Below, one piece after another: positions 34,966-43,992 of a stretch of 64,000 bases of DNA. The notes under the pieces are model-generated. The model had not been told where the DNA came from. It searched no databases and saw only the letters and a list, made by a program, of their open reading frames with translations. The DNA is taken from positions 648,029-712,028 of the forward strand of contig CBDBDT010000001.1 of NCBI GenBank assembly GCA_965203975.1, written 5' to 3'. Made by a program: the position numbers and the translations under genes. This DNA comes from Dehalococcoidia bacterium (GTDB lineage Bacteria; Chloroflexota; Dehalococcoidia; Lucifugimonadales; UBA3495). Within the stretch, counting starts at the first letter, position 1, and every line of letters starts with the position of its first letter.

Positions 34966-35715
34966 TTATGCGTCAGGCCTCCTTAGAGGCAGTTCCATCT
35001 TGTAGGTAAACATGTAGTGCCGGTGAATGTCTCGGAACCTGTCCTTGAACCGGCTCTCGATATCGTCCATGGCCGGACTCAACCCGGCGGCCGCGAGAAT
35101 CTCCTGGGTGCTCGTACGGATGTCTTCCCAACTCGTGGCTTCCTGGAACTCTTTCCACTGCCCAGGGAAGAAACTGCTGGCCATTTTGGCCGCAGCGGTT
35201 GCCGCTCCGCTCCAGTGAAGAACGGGTTCTCCCAAGAGGTATGGAAAGTTGGTTTGCCGCTTGAGAAAGTCGCCTGTGGCGCTGCCGACGGGGACAACGG
35301 TGGCGTGTGGTTTTGCCACCAGCTTCAGTTCTGCCAAGAGCATCGGGTACCATCGGTTGAACTCCTGCTCTTGGGTTCTGCCCTTGGCCACCTTGGGCGG
35401 TACGGCGCACTTCCCCAGATCCGTCAGGTAGTACGTCTCTCCGGGTTTGCATAGGTGTCGGTGAGCGCCGTAGTTCAGAAGTAAGTCGCCCAGGGAGAGC
35501 AGCAGGTTGAAGCCAGGAGGAGGCATCGGTGGGAACTCGCCGGGCGGGAGTTTATCCGCATCCTCTGGGCTAATGCTGGTCATTTTACCTACGAGAACGA
35601 AGTCCACCGGACCTCGAGGCGCAAGATATCGCAGAAAGTGATGTTGGTGGTCCTTTGCTGACTCACGCCATTGGGTCTGCAGGGCATCGTATTGTTCTTT
35701 GAAGGTCTGAGTCAT
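34966..35715 (-). CDS. uracil-DNA-glycosylase-superfamily-like protein (weak, motif-based)
   Basis: Segments DFVLVGKMTS, YYLTDLGKCAVPP, TVVPVGSATGDFL and VLHWSGAA follow the order of the UDG-fold motifs. AT-richer region. Start at ATG 35715. Confidence 0.4.
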   Translation of the reverse strand: MTQTFKEQYDALQTQWRESAKDHQHHFLRYLAPRGPVDFVLVGKMTSISPEDADKLPPGEFPPMPPPGFNLLLSLGDLLLNYGAHRHLCKPGETYYLTDLGKCAVPPKVAKGRTQEQEFNRWYPMLLAELKLVAKPHATVVPVGSATGDFLKRQTNFPYLLGEPVLHWSGAATAAAKMASSFFPGQWKEFQEATSWEDIRTSTQEILAAAGLSPAMDDIESRFKDRFRDIHRHYMFTYKMELPLRRPDA

Positions 35716-35931
35716 GGTTATCCTGGCGGGGATAATCCTGTCTCGTTTTCCGAGTGGCACTTGCTGGTCCTGGCGTTTAAACAAGCCAGCGGAGCTTAGA
35801 GTCCGCCGACGCATAAGCCTCAAGTCTTCCTACGGTACTATTTTTCTCGAGACATTTCCATTTCTTGAGTCGTTCTTATCTCCGCCTCCTTGGGCCACTC
35901 GTCCCGTCTCTTGATCGACGCGAGCACTGTT

Positions 35932-36312
35932 CTACCGTCTGGCAAGACCGCGATGGGTTCCGTGAGAGGCAACCGGATGAACGACCCGCCAAGCCTTGGC
36001 GGTGCTCCCTTCTCCCTTAATTACGTTTCTTAAGTCAGAGATGAGAACATGCGGGTGCACCTTCTCCTGGGTATACAGGGGCGGAACGTTCACCACCAGG
36101 TCGGCCAGGTCCTGCTCGTCCTTGCCCCGCCAGACCAGTTGCGGGTCCAAGTCGAGCTTGCGCCGCTGGTAAGCCACCCGCAGCGGCGCCTCCTGTTCCT
36201 CCCGCACTAGCGACTGGTACTCCGCCGTGGGGATGTTGGTGCGGGTGTCCTGCTCGTGGCGCAGGGCTTCAACCTGCTTGGCGGCGGCGCGGGTGCGGGG
36301 TGGTCGGGCCAC
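35932..36312 (-). pseudogene. N-terminal fragment of an adenine-specific DNA methyltransferase (R-M remnant)
   Basis: ...DLDPQLVWRGKDEQD...VNVPPLYTQEKVHPHVLISDL resembles, from memory, the conserved N-terminus of type III/IIG-like N6 methylases. No catalytic DPPY/FxGxG motifs. The ORF ends after 126 aa. Confidence 0.5.
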
Positions 36313-36334
36313 GGGTGTACCTCCGGTTCAGTGG

Positions 36335-36757
36335 TTAGTGATTCACAAATGGGTTCAGTATGGTCAGTTGCTCAATGCGCTGGCCGTGCTGCATATCTTC
36401 GCTGTACAGGCGGGCACAGTCGGCCTCAAGCGCCGTTGCGATGACGAGGGAATCGTAGAAGGAGAAGCCGTAGCGACTCCCAATTGCGATAGCGTCCTGG
36501 TAAAGGGCGGGCGAGGGATATATTTGCCACAGGGGGAAAAGCACGTCATCCATCAGGACGCGAAGCTGGCCGACCGGCGTTCCCAGTCTCCCGATCAACA
36601 CATTGAGGGTTTCCTGCACGACCTGAAAGCTGATGCAGCCGGTTCCCTCGATTACACTTCGGGAAACCAACTCCATTGCCTTCTGTCGTTTCTCAGGGAA
36701 TCTATTATCCACCGAGTATACGAGTACGTTGCTGTCCAGGAAGTCATCGGCGCTCAT
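36335..36757 (-). CDS. vapC: PIN-domain toxin VapC
   Basis: MSADDFLDSNVLVYSVD... with a PIN acidic-residue pattern. 14-nt overlap with the upstream antitoxin gene. Confidence 0.9.
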   Translation of the reverse strand: MSADDFLDSNVLVYSVDNRFPEKRQKAMELVSRSVIEGTGCISFQVVQETLNVLIGRLGTPVGQLRVLMDDVLFPLWQIYPSPALYQDAIAIGSRYGFSFYDSLVIATALEADCARLYSEDMQHGQRIEQLTILNPFVNH

Positions 36758-36971
36758 TCATCTCTTCCCGGGTAAACTTTCGTCCGCCAGTGTCTATGAC
36801 TTCGGCCACGGCATTCAAGGCAGCAATGGCCCTCTCACCTTTGCGCTTTCGCCCCACATAGTCAGCCAGCCATTGCCTGAACTCAGCGTTCAGCGTGGTG
36901 TTCTTGGTTGCCGCTATGCGGCGAGCCTCCTCGATCAGCCCCTCATCGGCGCTCAGCGTGATGTTTTTCAT
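36744..36971 (-). CDS. vapB: VapB-type antitoxin (RHH-like)
   Basis: 75 aa, MKNITLSADEGLIEEARRIAATKNTTLNAEFRQWL. Overlaps vapC. Confidence 0.8.
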   Translation of the reverse strand: MKNITLSADEGLIEEARRIAATKNTTLNAEFRQWLADYVGRKRKGERAIAALNAVAEVIDTGGRKFTREEMNERR

Positions 36972-36989
36972 GTCTGTCCAGGCTCCTCT

Positions 36990-37034
36990 TCAATGAACCG
37001 GATTGTTTGCGTCCAGAATATCATCGGCGCTCAT
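36990..37034 (-). pseudogene. 14-codon stub of a second vapC (MSADDILDANNPVH*)
   Basis: Same ATGAGCGCCGATGA overlap architecture with the upstream antitoxin as in the intact pair. Truncated after 14 codons. Confidence 0.6.
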
Positions 37035-37248
37035 TCATCTCGTCCCGGGTGAACTTGCGCCCACCGGTGCCATAGGTGGCCTGCAACTCGCGAATGGTAG
37101 CCATGGCTTTCTCTGCCTGCCGCTTTCGGCCCACATAGCCGGCAAGCCACCGGCGGAACTCGGCGTTAAGTGTTGTGTTGCGAGAAGCGGCAATGCGGCG
37201 CCCCTCCTCGATTAGCGCCTCATCGGCGCTGAGTGTTATATTCTTCAT
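37021..37248 (-). CDS. vapB: orphan paralogous VapB-type antitoxin
   Basis: 75 aa, near-collinear with the 36744..36971 product (MKNITLSADE[A/G]LIEE..., identical C-terminus GGRKFTR[D/E]EMNERR). Confidence 0.75.
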   Translation of the reverse strand: MKNITLSADEALIEEGRRIAASRNTTLNAEFRRWLAGYVGRKRQAEKAMATIRELQATYGTGGRKFTRDEMNERR

Positions 37249-37290
37249 GGCAATGGCGAATCCCCTTTCACTGTTATCGTGTACACTATT

Positions 37291-37452
37291 CTAGTGTCCT
37301 CCAGTCAAAGAGTACATATCAACCAACTGCGCCAGGCCGGCCTCAGTATCGTACACGTCGGTAAGCTCGGCGAAAGCCCAGCGGCCGTACTGGCCCAGGA
37401 GGCAGGCTAGTCCGCGCCCAATCTTTCCCGTCTTTCCCGCGCAGGCGGGAAT
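37291..37452 (-). pseudogene. possible C-terminal remnant of a restriction/helicase subunit
   Basis: Start-less open frame ...KIGRGLACLLGQYGRWAFAELTDVYDTEAGLAQLVDMYSLTGGH*. The GRWAF-E-x-x-D tail resembles, from memory, C-termini of type III-like Res/helicase proteins encoded next to such methylases. Confidence 0.3.
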
Positions 37453-37669
37453 CTAGACCCCTGTTGTCTGTTCCGCGCCGTATCGTGTTGACCGTTCACC
37501 GGCAGTTTGACCAAACTGGCACTCGGCGATTGCCCCGTCCTGGTTTCCCCTCCATCCCCGTTATAATGTGCCCGCCGCCGCTGCCGGACTCGGCCCCGGC
37601 TTTTCCCCGGGTAATAGACCCCGTAGAACGCACCCCGCGGAACGAACCCCACAGAAAGGAGATTCGGCT

Positions 37670-38194
37670 ATGGCATCTGAAAGCGTGGACCTCAACGGAT
37701 TCATCATCGCCCTGTGCGAAGCCCCCTACCGTTGGATCCAGCAGGCCCTGGATGAAGTGGACGACGACAAGCTCTATTTCCGTCCCGAACAGGACTCTAA
37801 CCACATCGCCTGGCTGGTCTGGCATCTGTCCCGGTGGCGCGACCGCATCAGCGCCGCCGTGTTGGACGAGCCCCAGGTCTGGACCAGCGGCGGCTGGAGC
37901 GAGTCGTTCGGCATAGACCCGGAGCGTACTGGGCTGGGGGACACTCCTGAACAGGTCGCCCAGTTCCGCCCGGAACGTGAGCTCCTCGCCGAATATTCGA
38001 AAGCTGCTCATCAGGCCCTGATCGACCGGGTGGGACGGGCTAGCCAGGCCCAGCTCGAAGCGGAGATAGAGTATTCCCCCGGGAACACGCGCCCGGCCTG
38101 GCGGGCCCTGGTCAGTGTGGTGGAGGACACCGCCGAACACACCGGGCAGGTCAACTATCTTCGCGGCATGGCTGCCGGATACGGGTGGCGCTAG
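37670..38194 (+). CDS. DinB family protein
   Basis: IAWLVWHLSRW and DTAEHTGQVNYLRG (DinB_2 His triad pattern). SD AAAGGAG. Confidence 0.8.
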   Translation: MASESVDLNGFIIALCEAPYRWIQQALDEVDDDKLYFRPEQDSNHIAWLVWHLSRWRDRISAAVLDEPQVWTSGGWSESFGIDPERTGLGDTPEQVAQFRPERELLAEYSKAAHQALIDRVGRASQAQLEAEIEYSPGNTRPAWRALVSVVEDTAEHTGQVNYLRGMAAGYGWR

Positions 38195-38288
38195 GCACCC
38201 GGTTGGCTGACTCTCCGGGAATGGGTGGCCCCTAGTGCAGAAGTCCTGATCCCGGACCTTCCGGCGCGGCGGTTCTTCCGGTGCTCTG

Positions 38289-38921
38289 TTGATGCCCTTC
38301 CTTGATTCGGAAGTCCTCGATTGGCTCATCCGGTACGGGTATATCCTCATGTTCCTGGCGATGCTGGTCGAGGGCCCGGCCGTCACCGCCAGCGCCGCTC
38401 TGGGGGCCGCCCTCGGCCACTTCAACGTCTTTACCGTGTTTGTCCTCTCCTTCTTCGCCAACTTCCTCCCCGATGTTCTTTACTACGGTCTGGGAAAGTG
38501 GGGCGGCCAATGGGTCCTGGACAGGTTCGGGGAGCGGGTCGGAATCCGGGAGACCCGGCGGGACCGGGCGGCGGAGATTATCGACCGCCACCTCGGCCTA
38601 TGGCTCCTCTTCATCAAGACCATTCCCTTCATCAGCCCTCCCGGATTGGCCGTAATGGGAGCGTTGGGCATACCCATCAAGCGGTTCATCTGGTGGGACG
38701 CCGCCCTGGTTGCGTTGACCTCCCTTGTGTTCGTCCTCCTGGGTTATTTCGCGGGAAAAGGGTATGCTGTACTCCAGGCCGCCATCGGCTACGGGCCTTT
38801 CCTGCTGGCGGCGATGTTTCTCCTGTTCGTAGCCTGCGCCTACCTCTACGGCAAGGCCGCCCAGCGCTACTCCGGGAAAATACGGCGATGGAACGGTGAC
38901 GAATTGAACGTGGGAGACTAA
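38289..38921 (+). CDS. DedA/VTT-domain membrane protein
   Basis: YGYILMFLAMLVEGPAV... and LGKWGGQWVLDRFG pattern. Confidence 0.85.
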   Translation: MMPFLDSEVLDWLIRYGYILMFLAMLVEGPAVTASAALGAALGHFNVFTVFVLSFFANFLPDVLYYGLGKWGGQWVLDRFGERVGIRETRRDRAAEIIDRHLGLWLLFIKTIPFISPPGLAVMGALGIPIKRFIWWDAALVALTSLVFVLLGYFAGKGYAVLQAAIGYGPFLLAAMFLLFVACAYLYGKAAQRYSGKIRRWNGDELNVGD

Positions 38922-39017
38922 AATTCAAGTGCAGGGCCCATCCAGACCCGGCGCTGTCAATGAACGTGCAGATGATGAAGTTCCCCCCAACGGGACGTTC
39001 CAAGGAGGGAAGCAGTC

Positions 39018-40217
39018 GTGAGAATCCTCGTTGCCAGTGATACCTATCCGCCCCAGTTGAACGGCGCCGCCGTCGCCGCCCAGCGTTTCGTCCGGGGTCT
39101 GGCCGGGCGCGGCCACCGGGTCGAGGTGGTGGCCCCCAACATGGCCTTCCGCGACGAGGCCAGGTCGGAACCCGAAACTCCCGGCGTTACCGTCCGCCGC
39201 ATCAAGTCCTTCCCGGCCCGGCCGGTCCATCCCCAGTTCCGGGTCACTTCCTGGGTCGGAATAAACGCCAAGTTGCGCCGGATATTCGCTGATTTCCAGC
39301 CCGACGTGGTCCACTTGCAGACCCACTTCGTCCTAGGGAAGGCCGCCCTGCAGCGGGCCAGGAAACAGGACATCCCCGTGGTTGGAACCAATCATTTTCT
39401 CCCCGAAAACCTCGTCGAGTACTTCCCCCGTGCGTTGTTTCCGGTCGTTACCTCCGCCATGTGGGTCCACTGGATGCGGGTGTACAACCGTCTCGACTGC
39501 GTCGTGGCCCCTTCCCGCAGTTGCCGGGAAGTCCTGGAGCACGTGGGAATGACCGCCCCGGCCCGCGTCATCTCCAACGGAATAGACCTGGAGCGCTTCT
39601 TTCCGGCGTCCCCTCCCGGCTGGCTGTACGGCAATTACGGCATCCGCCGCGACGTGCCGGTCCTTCTGACCGTGGGCCGGCTGGAAAAAGACAAGCGCGT
39701 GGATATGGTGATCCGCGCCGCTGCCCTTGCCGCCCGGAATGAGGAGCTCCAATTGGTGGTTGTCGGCAAGGGGCGCGACGAGGCCGAGTTCCGCGAGCTG
39801 GGCAAGAAGGTGGCTCCCACGGGCAGCCTGGTCTTCACCGGGTTCGTTCCCGATGAAGACCTTCCCCTCCTGTATAACCTGGCCCACGTGTACGTCGGGG
39901 CCGGAGCCGCCGAGTTGCAGGGCATTGCCGTCATGGAGGCGATGGCTTCCGGTCTCCCTGTCCTCGCCGCCGATTCCGTCGCCTTGCCCGAGTTGATGGA
40001 ACACGGCGGTAACGGGTTCCTCTTCCGGCCTACGGACGAAGACCTGTCTGCCTGCATCCTGGAAATTCTCAGCCTACGGCGCCGCTGGGAGGAAATGGGG
40101 GACCGCAGCCTGTCCCTCGTCCAGCCCCACCGAATGACCACCGTGCTGGAACAGGTCGAGGGCCTGTACCGGGAACTTCTGGTCTCCCGGAAGGACCGGC
40201 TGGCCCACCAGGCCTGA
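39018..40217 (+). CDS. glycosyltransferase family 4 (GT-B)
   Basis: MRILVASDTYPPQLNGAAV N-terminus and C-terminal E-x7-E region (AELQGIAVMEAMASGLPV). Confidence 0.9.
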   Translation: MRILVASDTYPPQLNGAAVAAQRFVRGLAGRGHRVEVVAPNMAFRDEARSEPETPGVTVRRIKSFPARPVHPQFRVTSWVGINAKLRRIFADFQPDVVHLQTHFVLGKAALQRARKQDIPVVGTNHFLPENLVEYFPRALFPVVTSAMWVHWMRVYNRLDCVVAPSRSCREVLEHVGMTAPARVISNGIDLERFFPASPPGWLYGNYGIRRDVPVLLTVGRLEKDKRVDMVIRAAALAARNEELQLVVVGKGRDEAEFRELGKKVAPTGSLVFTGFVPDEDLPLLYNLAHVYVGAGAAELQGIAVMEAMASGLPVLAADSVALPELMEHGGNGFLFRPTDEDLSACILEILSLRRRWEEMGDRSLSLVQPHRMTTVLEQVEGLYRELLVSRKDRLAHQA

Positions 40218-40275
40218 CCGCCCTCATTCCTGCCCTTGGCTCCAAGCTGCCCGGCCCAGGGCCCCATCCAGTCCT

Positions 40276-42372
40276 TTGGAGAATATCGCTTTGACCGAAC
40301 TTCAGCCGCCTGTTGCCCCCCAGCGCCATCACGAGTTCGAGCTGTTCAACGACGCCCGCACCGATCCCTGGTTCTGGCTCCGGTTTATCGAAGACGCCGA
40401 GACCATGGCCTACCTGGAAGCCGAGAACGCCTACACCGACGCGGTCATGGCTCCCACCGAGGATCTCCAGGAAAAGTTGTACCGCGAGATGCGGGGCCGC
40501 ATACGGGAGGACGATTCCACCGTCCCAGAAAAGGACGGCGATTACTTCTACTACATCCGATTCGAGGAGGGCGGCCAGTACCCCATCTATTGCCGCCGGT
40601 TCGGTCATTCCGAAGGAGGAGACCCCGAGGGTGGTGATCCCGGGGGCGACGAGGAAGTGCTCCTCGACGCCAACGAGCTCGCCAAGGACCAGGACTACCT
40701 CCGGGTGGGCGTCTTCGAGACCAGCCCCGACCACAAGCTGCTGGCCTACTCCCTGGATACCGAGGGCTCCGAGGTCTACACCATCCGCATCATGGACCTG
40801 GCGACCCGGGAGCACCTGGACGACCCCATCCCCAATACCTACTATTCGCTGGAGTGGGCCAACGACAACCGGTCTTTCTTCTACTCCGTGCTCGACGAGT
40901 ACCACCGCCCGGTCCAGGTGTTCCGCCACCGGCTCGGCGAGGACCCTTCCGATGACCGGTTGGTCTACGAGGAACAGGACGAGCGTTTCTTCGTCGGCGT
41001 CGGCAAGTCCCTCAGCCGCCGCTTCATCTACGTCGTCGCCGGCGGCAACAACATGTCCGAGTGGCGGTTCATGGATGCTGGCGACCCGGACTCCGGGCTG
41101 ACGTTGATCGAGCCCCGCAGCGAGGACTTCGAGTACGACGTGGAGGACCACGGCGACCGGTTTCTCATCCGCCACAACGGGTCGGGAGCCCGGGACTTCA
41201 TGATCTCGGAAGCCCCGATAGCTACTCCCGGGTGGGACTCGTGGACGCCGGTTGTGGAACACCAGGCCGGCCGTCCTATCCTGGGGATCCACTGCTTCCA
41301 GGACTACCTGGCGATGGAATTCCGGGAAGCCGGTCTGCCCCAGGTCTCCGTCACCCGCTTTTCCACCGGCCAGACTCACCGAATCGCCCTGGACGACGCT
41401 GTATACGCCATCAGCGCCCGGAGCGGGCGGGAGTGGGACACATCCACCCTCCGCTATTCCTACTCCTCCATGACCACGCCCCCCACCGTCTACGACTACG
41501 ACATGAACACCCGGGAGCGGGAATTCAGGAAACAGATCGAAGTGCTGGGAGGCTTCGACTCCGCCGACTACTCCACCGAGCGGTTGCTGGCCCCGGCCCG
41601 GGACGGCGCCCTCGTCCCCATCTCTCTGGTCTACCGGAAGGACACTCCCCTGGACGGCTCGGCCCCCCTGTATCTATACGGGTACGGGTCCTACGGGATC
41701 ATCCTGGACGCCGAGTTCGGCTCGGCCCGCCTCAGCCTCGTCGACCGGGGGTTCATCTTCGCCATTGCCCACATCCGGGGCGGCATGGAGATGGGCTGGG
41801 ACTGGTACGAGAGCGGGAAGCTCCTCAACAAGCGGAACACCTTCAACGACTTCATCGACTGCGCCGACTATCTCGTTTCCCGGGGCTACGCCTCCTCGGG
41901 AAACATCGCCGCCGCCGGAGGCAGCGCCGGCGGGATGCTCATGGGCGCCGTGGTCAACCAGCGGCCCGATCTGTTCCAGGCCGTGGCTGCCCACGTGCCC
42001 TTCGTGGACGTGCTGAACACCATGCTGGACGACTCCCTGCCCCTCACCACCATGGAATACAACGAGTGGGGCAACCCCAACGACGCCCGGTATTACGACT
42101 ACATCAAGTCCTACTCGCCCTACGACAACGTCACCACCCAGGACTATCCCAACCTGCTTATCACCGGCGGCATCAACGATCCCCGGGTCACTTACTGGGA
42201 GCCTGCCAAGTGGGCCGCCCGCCTGCGCGCCGCCAAGACCGACGACAACCTGCTGCTGCTGAAAATCCACATGGACTCTGGGCACGCCGGCGCCTCCGGC
42301 CGCTTCGACCGGCTCAAGGAGGTCGCCCTGGAATACGCCTTCATCCTCCACTGCTTCGGCATCGAGGAGTAG
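40276..42372 (+). CDS. S9A prolyl-oligopeptidase-family peptidase, oligopeptidase B-like
   Basis: 698 aa with catalytic GGSAGGMLMG and a C-terminal ...MDSGHAGASGRF pattern. Apparent TTG start. Confidence 0.9.
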   Translation: MENIALTELQPPVAPQRHHEFELFNDARTDPWFWLRFIEDAETMAYLEAENAYTDAVMAPTEDLQEKLYREMRGRIREDDSTVPEKDGDYFYYIRFEEGGQYPIYCRRFGHSEGGDPEGGDPGGDEEVLLDANELAKDQDYLRVGVFETSPDHKLLAYSLDTEGSEVYTIRIMDLATREHLDDPIPNTYYSLEWANDNRSFFYSVLDEYHRPVQVFRHRLGEDPSDDRLVYEEQDERFFVGVGKSLSRRFIYVVAGGNNMSEWRFMDAGDPDSGLTLIEPRSEDFEYDVEDHGDRFLIRHNGSGARDFMISEAPIATPGWDSWTPVVEHQAGRPILGIHCFQDYLAMEFREAGLPQVSVTRFSTGQTHRIALDDAVYAISARSGREWDTSTLRYSYSSMTTPPTVYDYDMNTREREFRKQIEVLGGFDSADYSTERLLAPARDGALVPISLVYRKDTPLDGSAPLYLYGYGSYGIILDAEFGSARLSLVDRGFIFAIAHIRGGMEMGWDWYESGKLLNKRNTFNDFIDCADYLVSRGYASSGNIAAAGGSAGGMLMGAVVNQRPDLFQAVAAHVPFVDVLNTMLDDSLPLTTMEYNEWGNPNDARYYDYIKSYSPYDNVTTQDYPNLLITGGINDPRVTYWEPAKWAARLRAAKTDDNLLLLKIHMDSGHAGASGRFDRLKEVALEYAFILHCFGIEE

Positions 42373-42433
42373 GGTAGAAGGAAGAGGAGCAGGATCAGCC
42401 TCCCGCAAGATCCGGGCGTGGTGAAACGCCCCC

Positions 42434-43234
42434 TTACAACCCGATCAGCTCCCGCGCCGTCTCACCCAGGATCCGCTCTGTGTTGTAGTCGGAAAGGCCC
42501 AATTCGGCGATGTAGTCCGACCCGTCCGCCTGTCCGGCCAGCGGATAGTCGGTGCCGAAGCAGACCTTGTCGGGCCCGTGCTTATTGATGATCGCCGCCA
42601 GGGTTGGAGCCGCCACCTCCCTTAGCGTCGGCGGCCATGTTGTGTCGATCAGCACGTTTTCCCTGCCGATCAGCTCCCTCTCCGCCTCGTCCAGCATGTA
42701 GAACCCGCCCAGATGGAGGGCGATCACCTTCAGCCTGGGAAATTGGCGCACCACGTTCATCACCCGCTCCGGCGGAGAGAAAACCGTCTCGCCCTCTCCG
42801 GTGTGGGGCAGCCGGCCGGAGTGGATCTCCAGCACCATGTCGTCCCCCATCTCCTCATACACTTCCAGCATCCGCGGGTCGTCGGGAAAGAAGCTGTTCA
42901 TCATCGGGTGCAGCTTGATTCCCTTGATTCCGTTCTCCCGTAGCCGCCGAACCTCCCCCGCCTTGTCCTCCAGATCCGGGTGCATTGCCCCAAAGGGAAC
43001 CAGCATGTCGTCCTGGATCGAGATCAGCCAGTCGTTGGCCCGCGTCACTTGGTCCGCCCGGTCCACCACGCCCAGCACCACCGACTTGTCCACGCCGGAT
43101 TCCCGCATGTGCCCTTTCAGGCTGTCCACCGTGTTCAGCCCGATGGCGTCGATCCCGAGCTGTTCCACCAGCCGGTCCAGGACTACATCCGCGATCCGGT
43201 CCGGCCAGACGTGGGTGTGAACGTCAATGCGCAT
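42434..43234 (-). CDS. amidohydrolase-family metal-dependent TIM-barrel hydrolase
   Basis: MRIDVHTHVWPD start motif. SD AGGAGG. Confidence 0.85.
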   Translation of the reverse strand: MRIDVHTHVWPDRIADVVLDRLVEQLGIDAIGLNTVDSLKGHMRESGVDKSVVLGVVDRADQVTRANDWLISIQDDMLVPFGAMHPDLEDKAGEVRRLRENGIKGIKLHPMMNSFFPDDPRMLEVYEEMGDDMVLEIHSGRLPHTGEGETVFSPPERVMNVVRQFPRLKVIALHLGGFYMLDEAERELIGRENVLIDTTWPPTLREVAAPTLAAIINKHGPDKVCFGTDYPLAGQADGSDYIAELGLSDYNTERILGETARELIGL

Positions 43235-43468
43235 GGGGAAACCTCCTGGAAATCATGACAAAGTCTAGCTGGAAGAGACGGCGGGTGTTTGACCAGCCGG
43301 TACACCGGGATTATCCTGTCCCGGCTGTCGAAAACCGCCGCACCGCCACGCTTGGGCCGTGATTTTTGCAAACTGCCGGTAAATGGAAACGAAAACTCTT
43401 TGACGAGGCGACGATAGGTCTGGTATAGCTAAAGGCGTAAGCTACACTATGAGAGGAGTGACGTGATT

Positions 43469-43615
43469 ATGGAAGCTTACTGTGTCAAGTGCAAGAGTAA
43501 GACGGAGATCCAGAACCCCCAGTCCATCACCATGAAAAACGGCCGGCCCGCGACCCAGGGCACCTGCCCGATTTGCAGCACCAAGGTCTTCCGCATCGGC
43601 GCCGCCGCCAGCTAG
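43469..43615 (+). CDS. 48-aa zinc-ribbon protein (DUF5679-like), below the ORF-track size cutoff
   Basis: MEAYCVKCKSKTEIQNPQSITMKNGRPATQGTCPICSTKVFRIGAAAS has two CxxC pairs. GAGAGGAG lies upstream. Confidence 0.7.
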   Translation: MEAYCVKCKSKTEIQNPQSITMKNGRPATQGTCPICSTKVFRIGAAAS

Positions 43616-43912
43616 AGTTGCGACGCCGCCAAAACCTGGGCCACGGGCAGCGGCGGCGCGCCCACAACTGAAACCCCACATTCTCCACTCCGTACGGTCG
43701 CGGTAGTCGGTTGCGGTGAATCACCGCCGTCAAGTCCCCAATGGCCGGGTCTGTCCCCAGCTACCTTCAGCTTCCCAGCCCACCGCCCCGGGAGTGCTTG
43801 TGCTCAACCCCGTGCCCGCCCGCCATTCCCGGGCCGAGTCCCGCAGGACAGCCGCTGGCGTTGGGACAAGTTTCTTTGGCCGGCGGCGGAGTTGCAAAGA
43901 GCCGCGACATTC

Positions 43913-43941
43913 TTGACGCCAACTTCAACCCCCCATAGACT
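43913..43941 (+). promoter_or_regulatory. sigma-70-like promoter candidate upstream of serC
   Basis: TTGACG - 17 nt - TAGACT, about 50 nt before ATG 43993. Confidence 0.3.
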
Positions 43942-43992
43942 AGCCGATGGCCGCGGCGCGCCGCCGCCGGCGTCCTTATCCTGGCATCGGGG

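Noticed and set aside
35932-36312. 126-aa ORF as an intact small gene
   Set aside because: Only the first ~95 residues look like a conserved (methyltransferase N-terminal) sequence. The tail (…KGEGSTAKAWRVVHPVASHGTHRGLARR) looks like read-through after a deletion, so I treat it as a pseudogene fragment.
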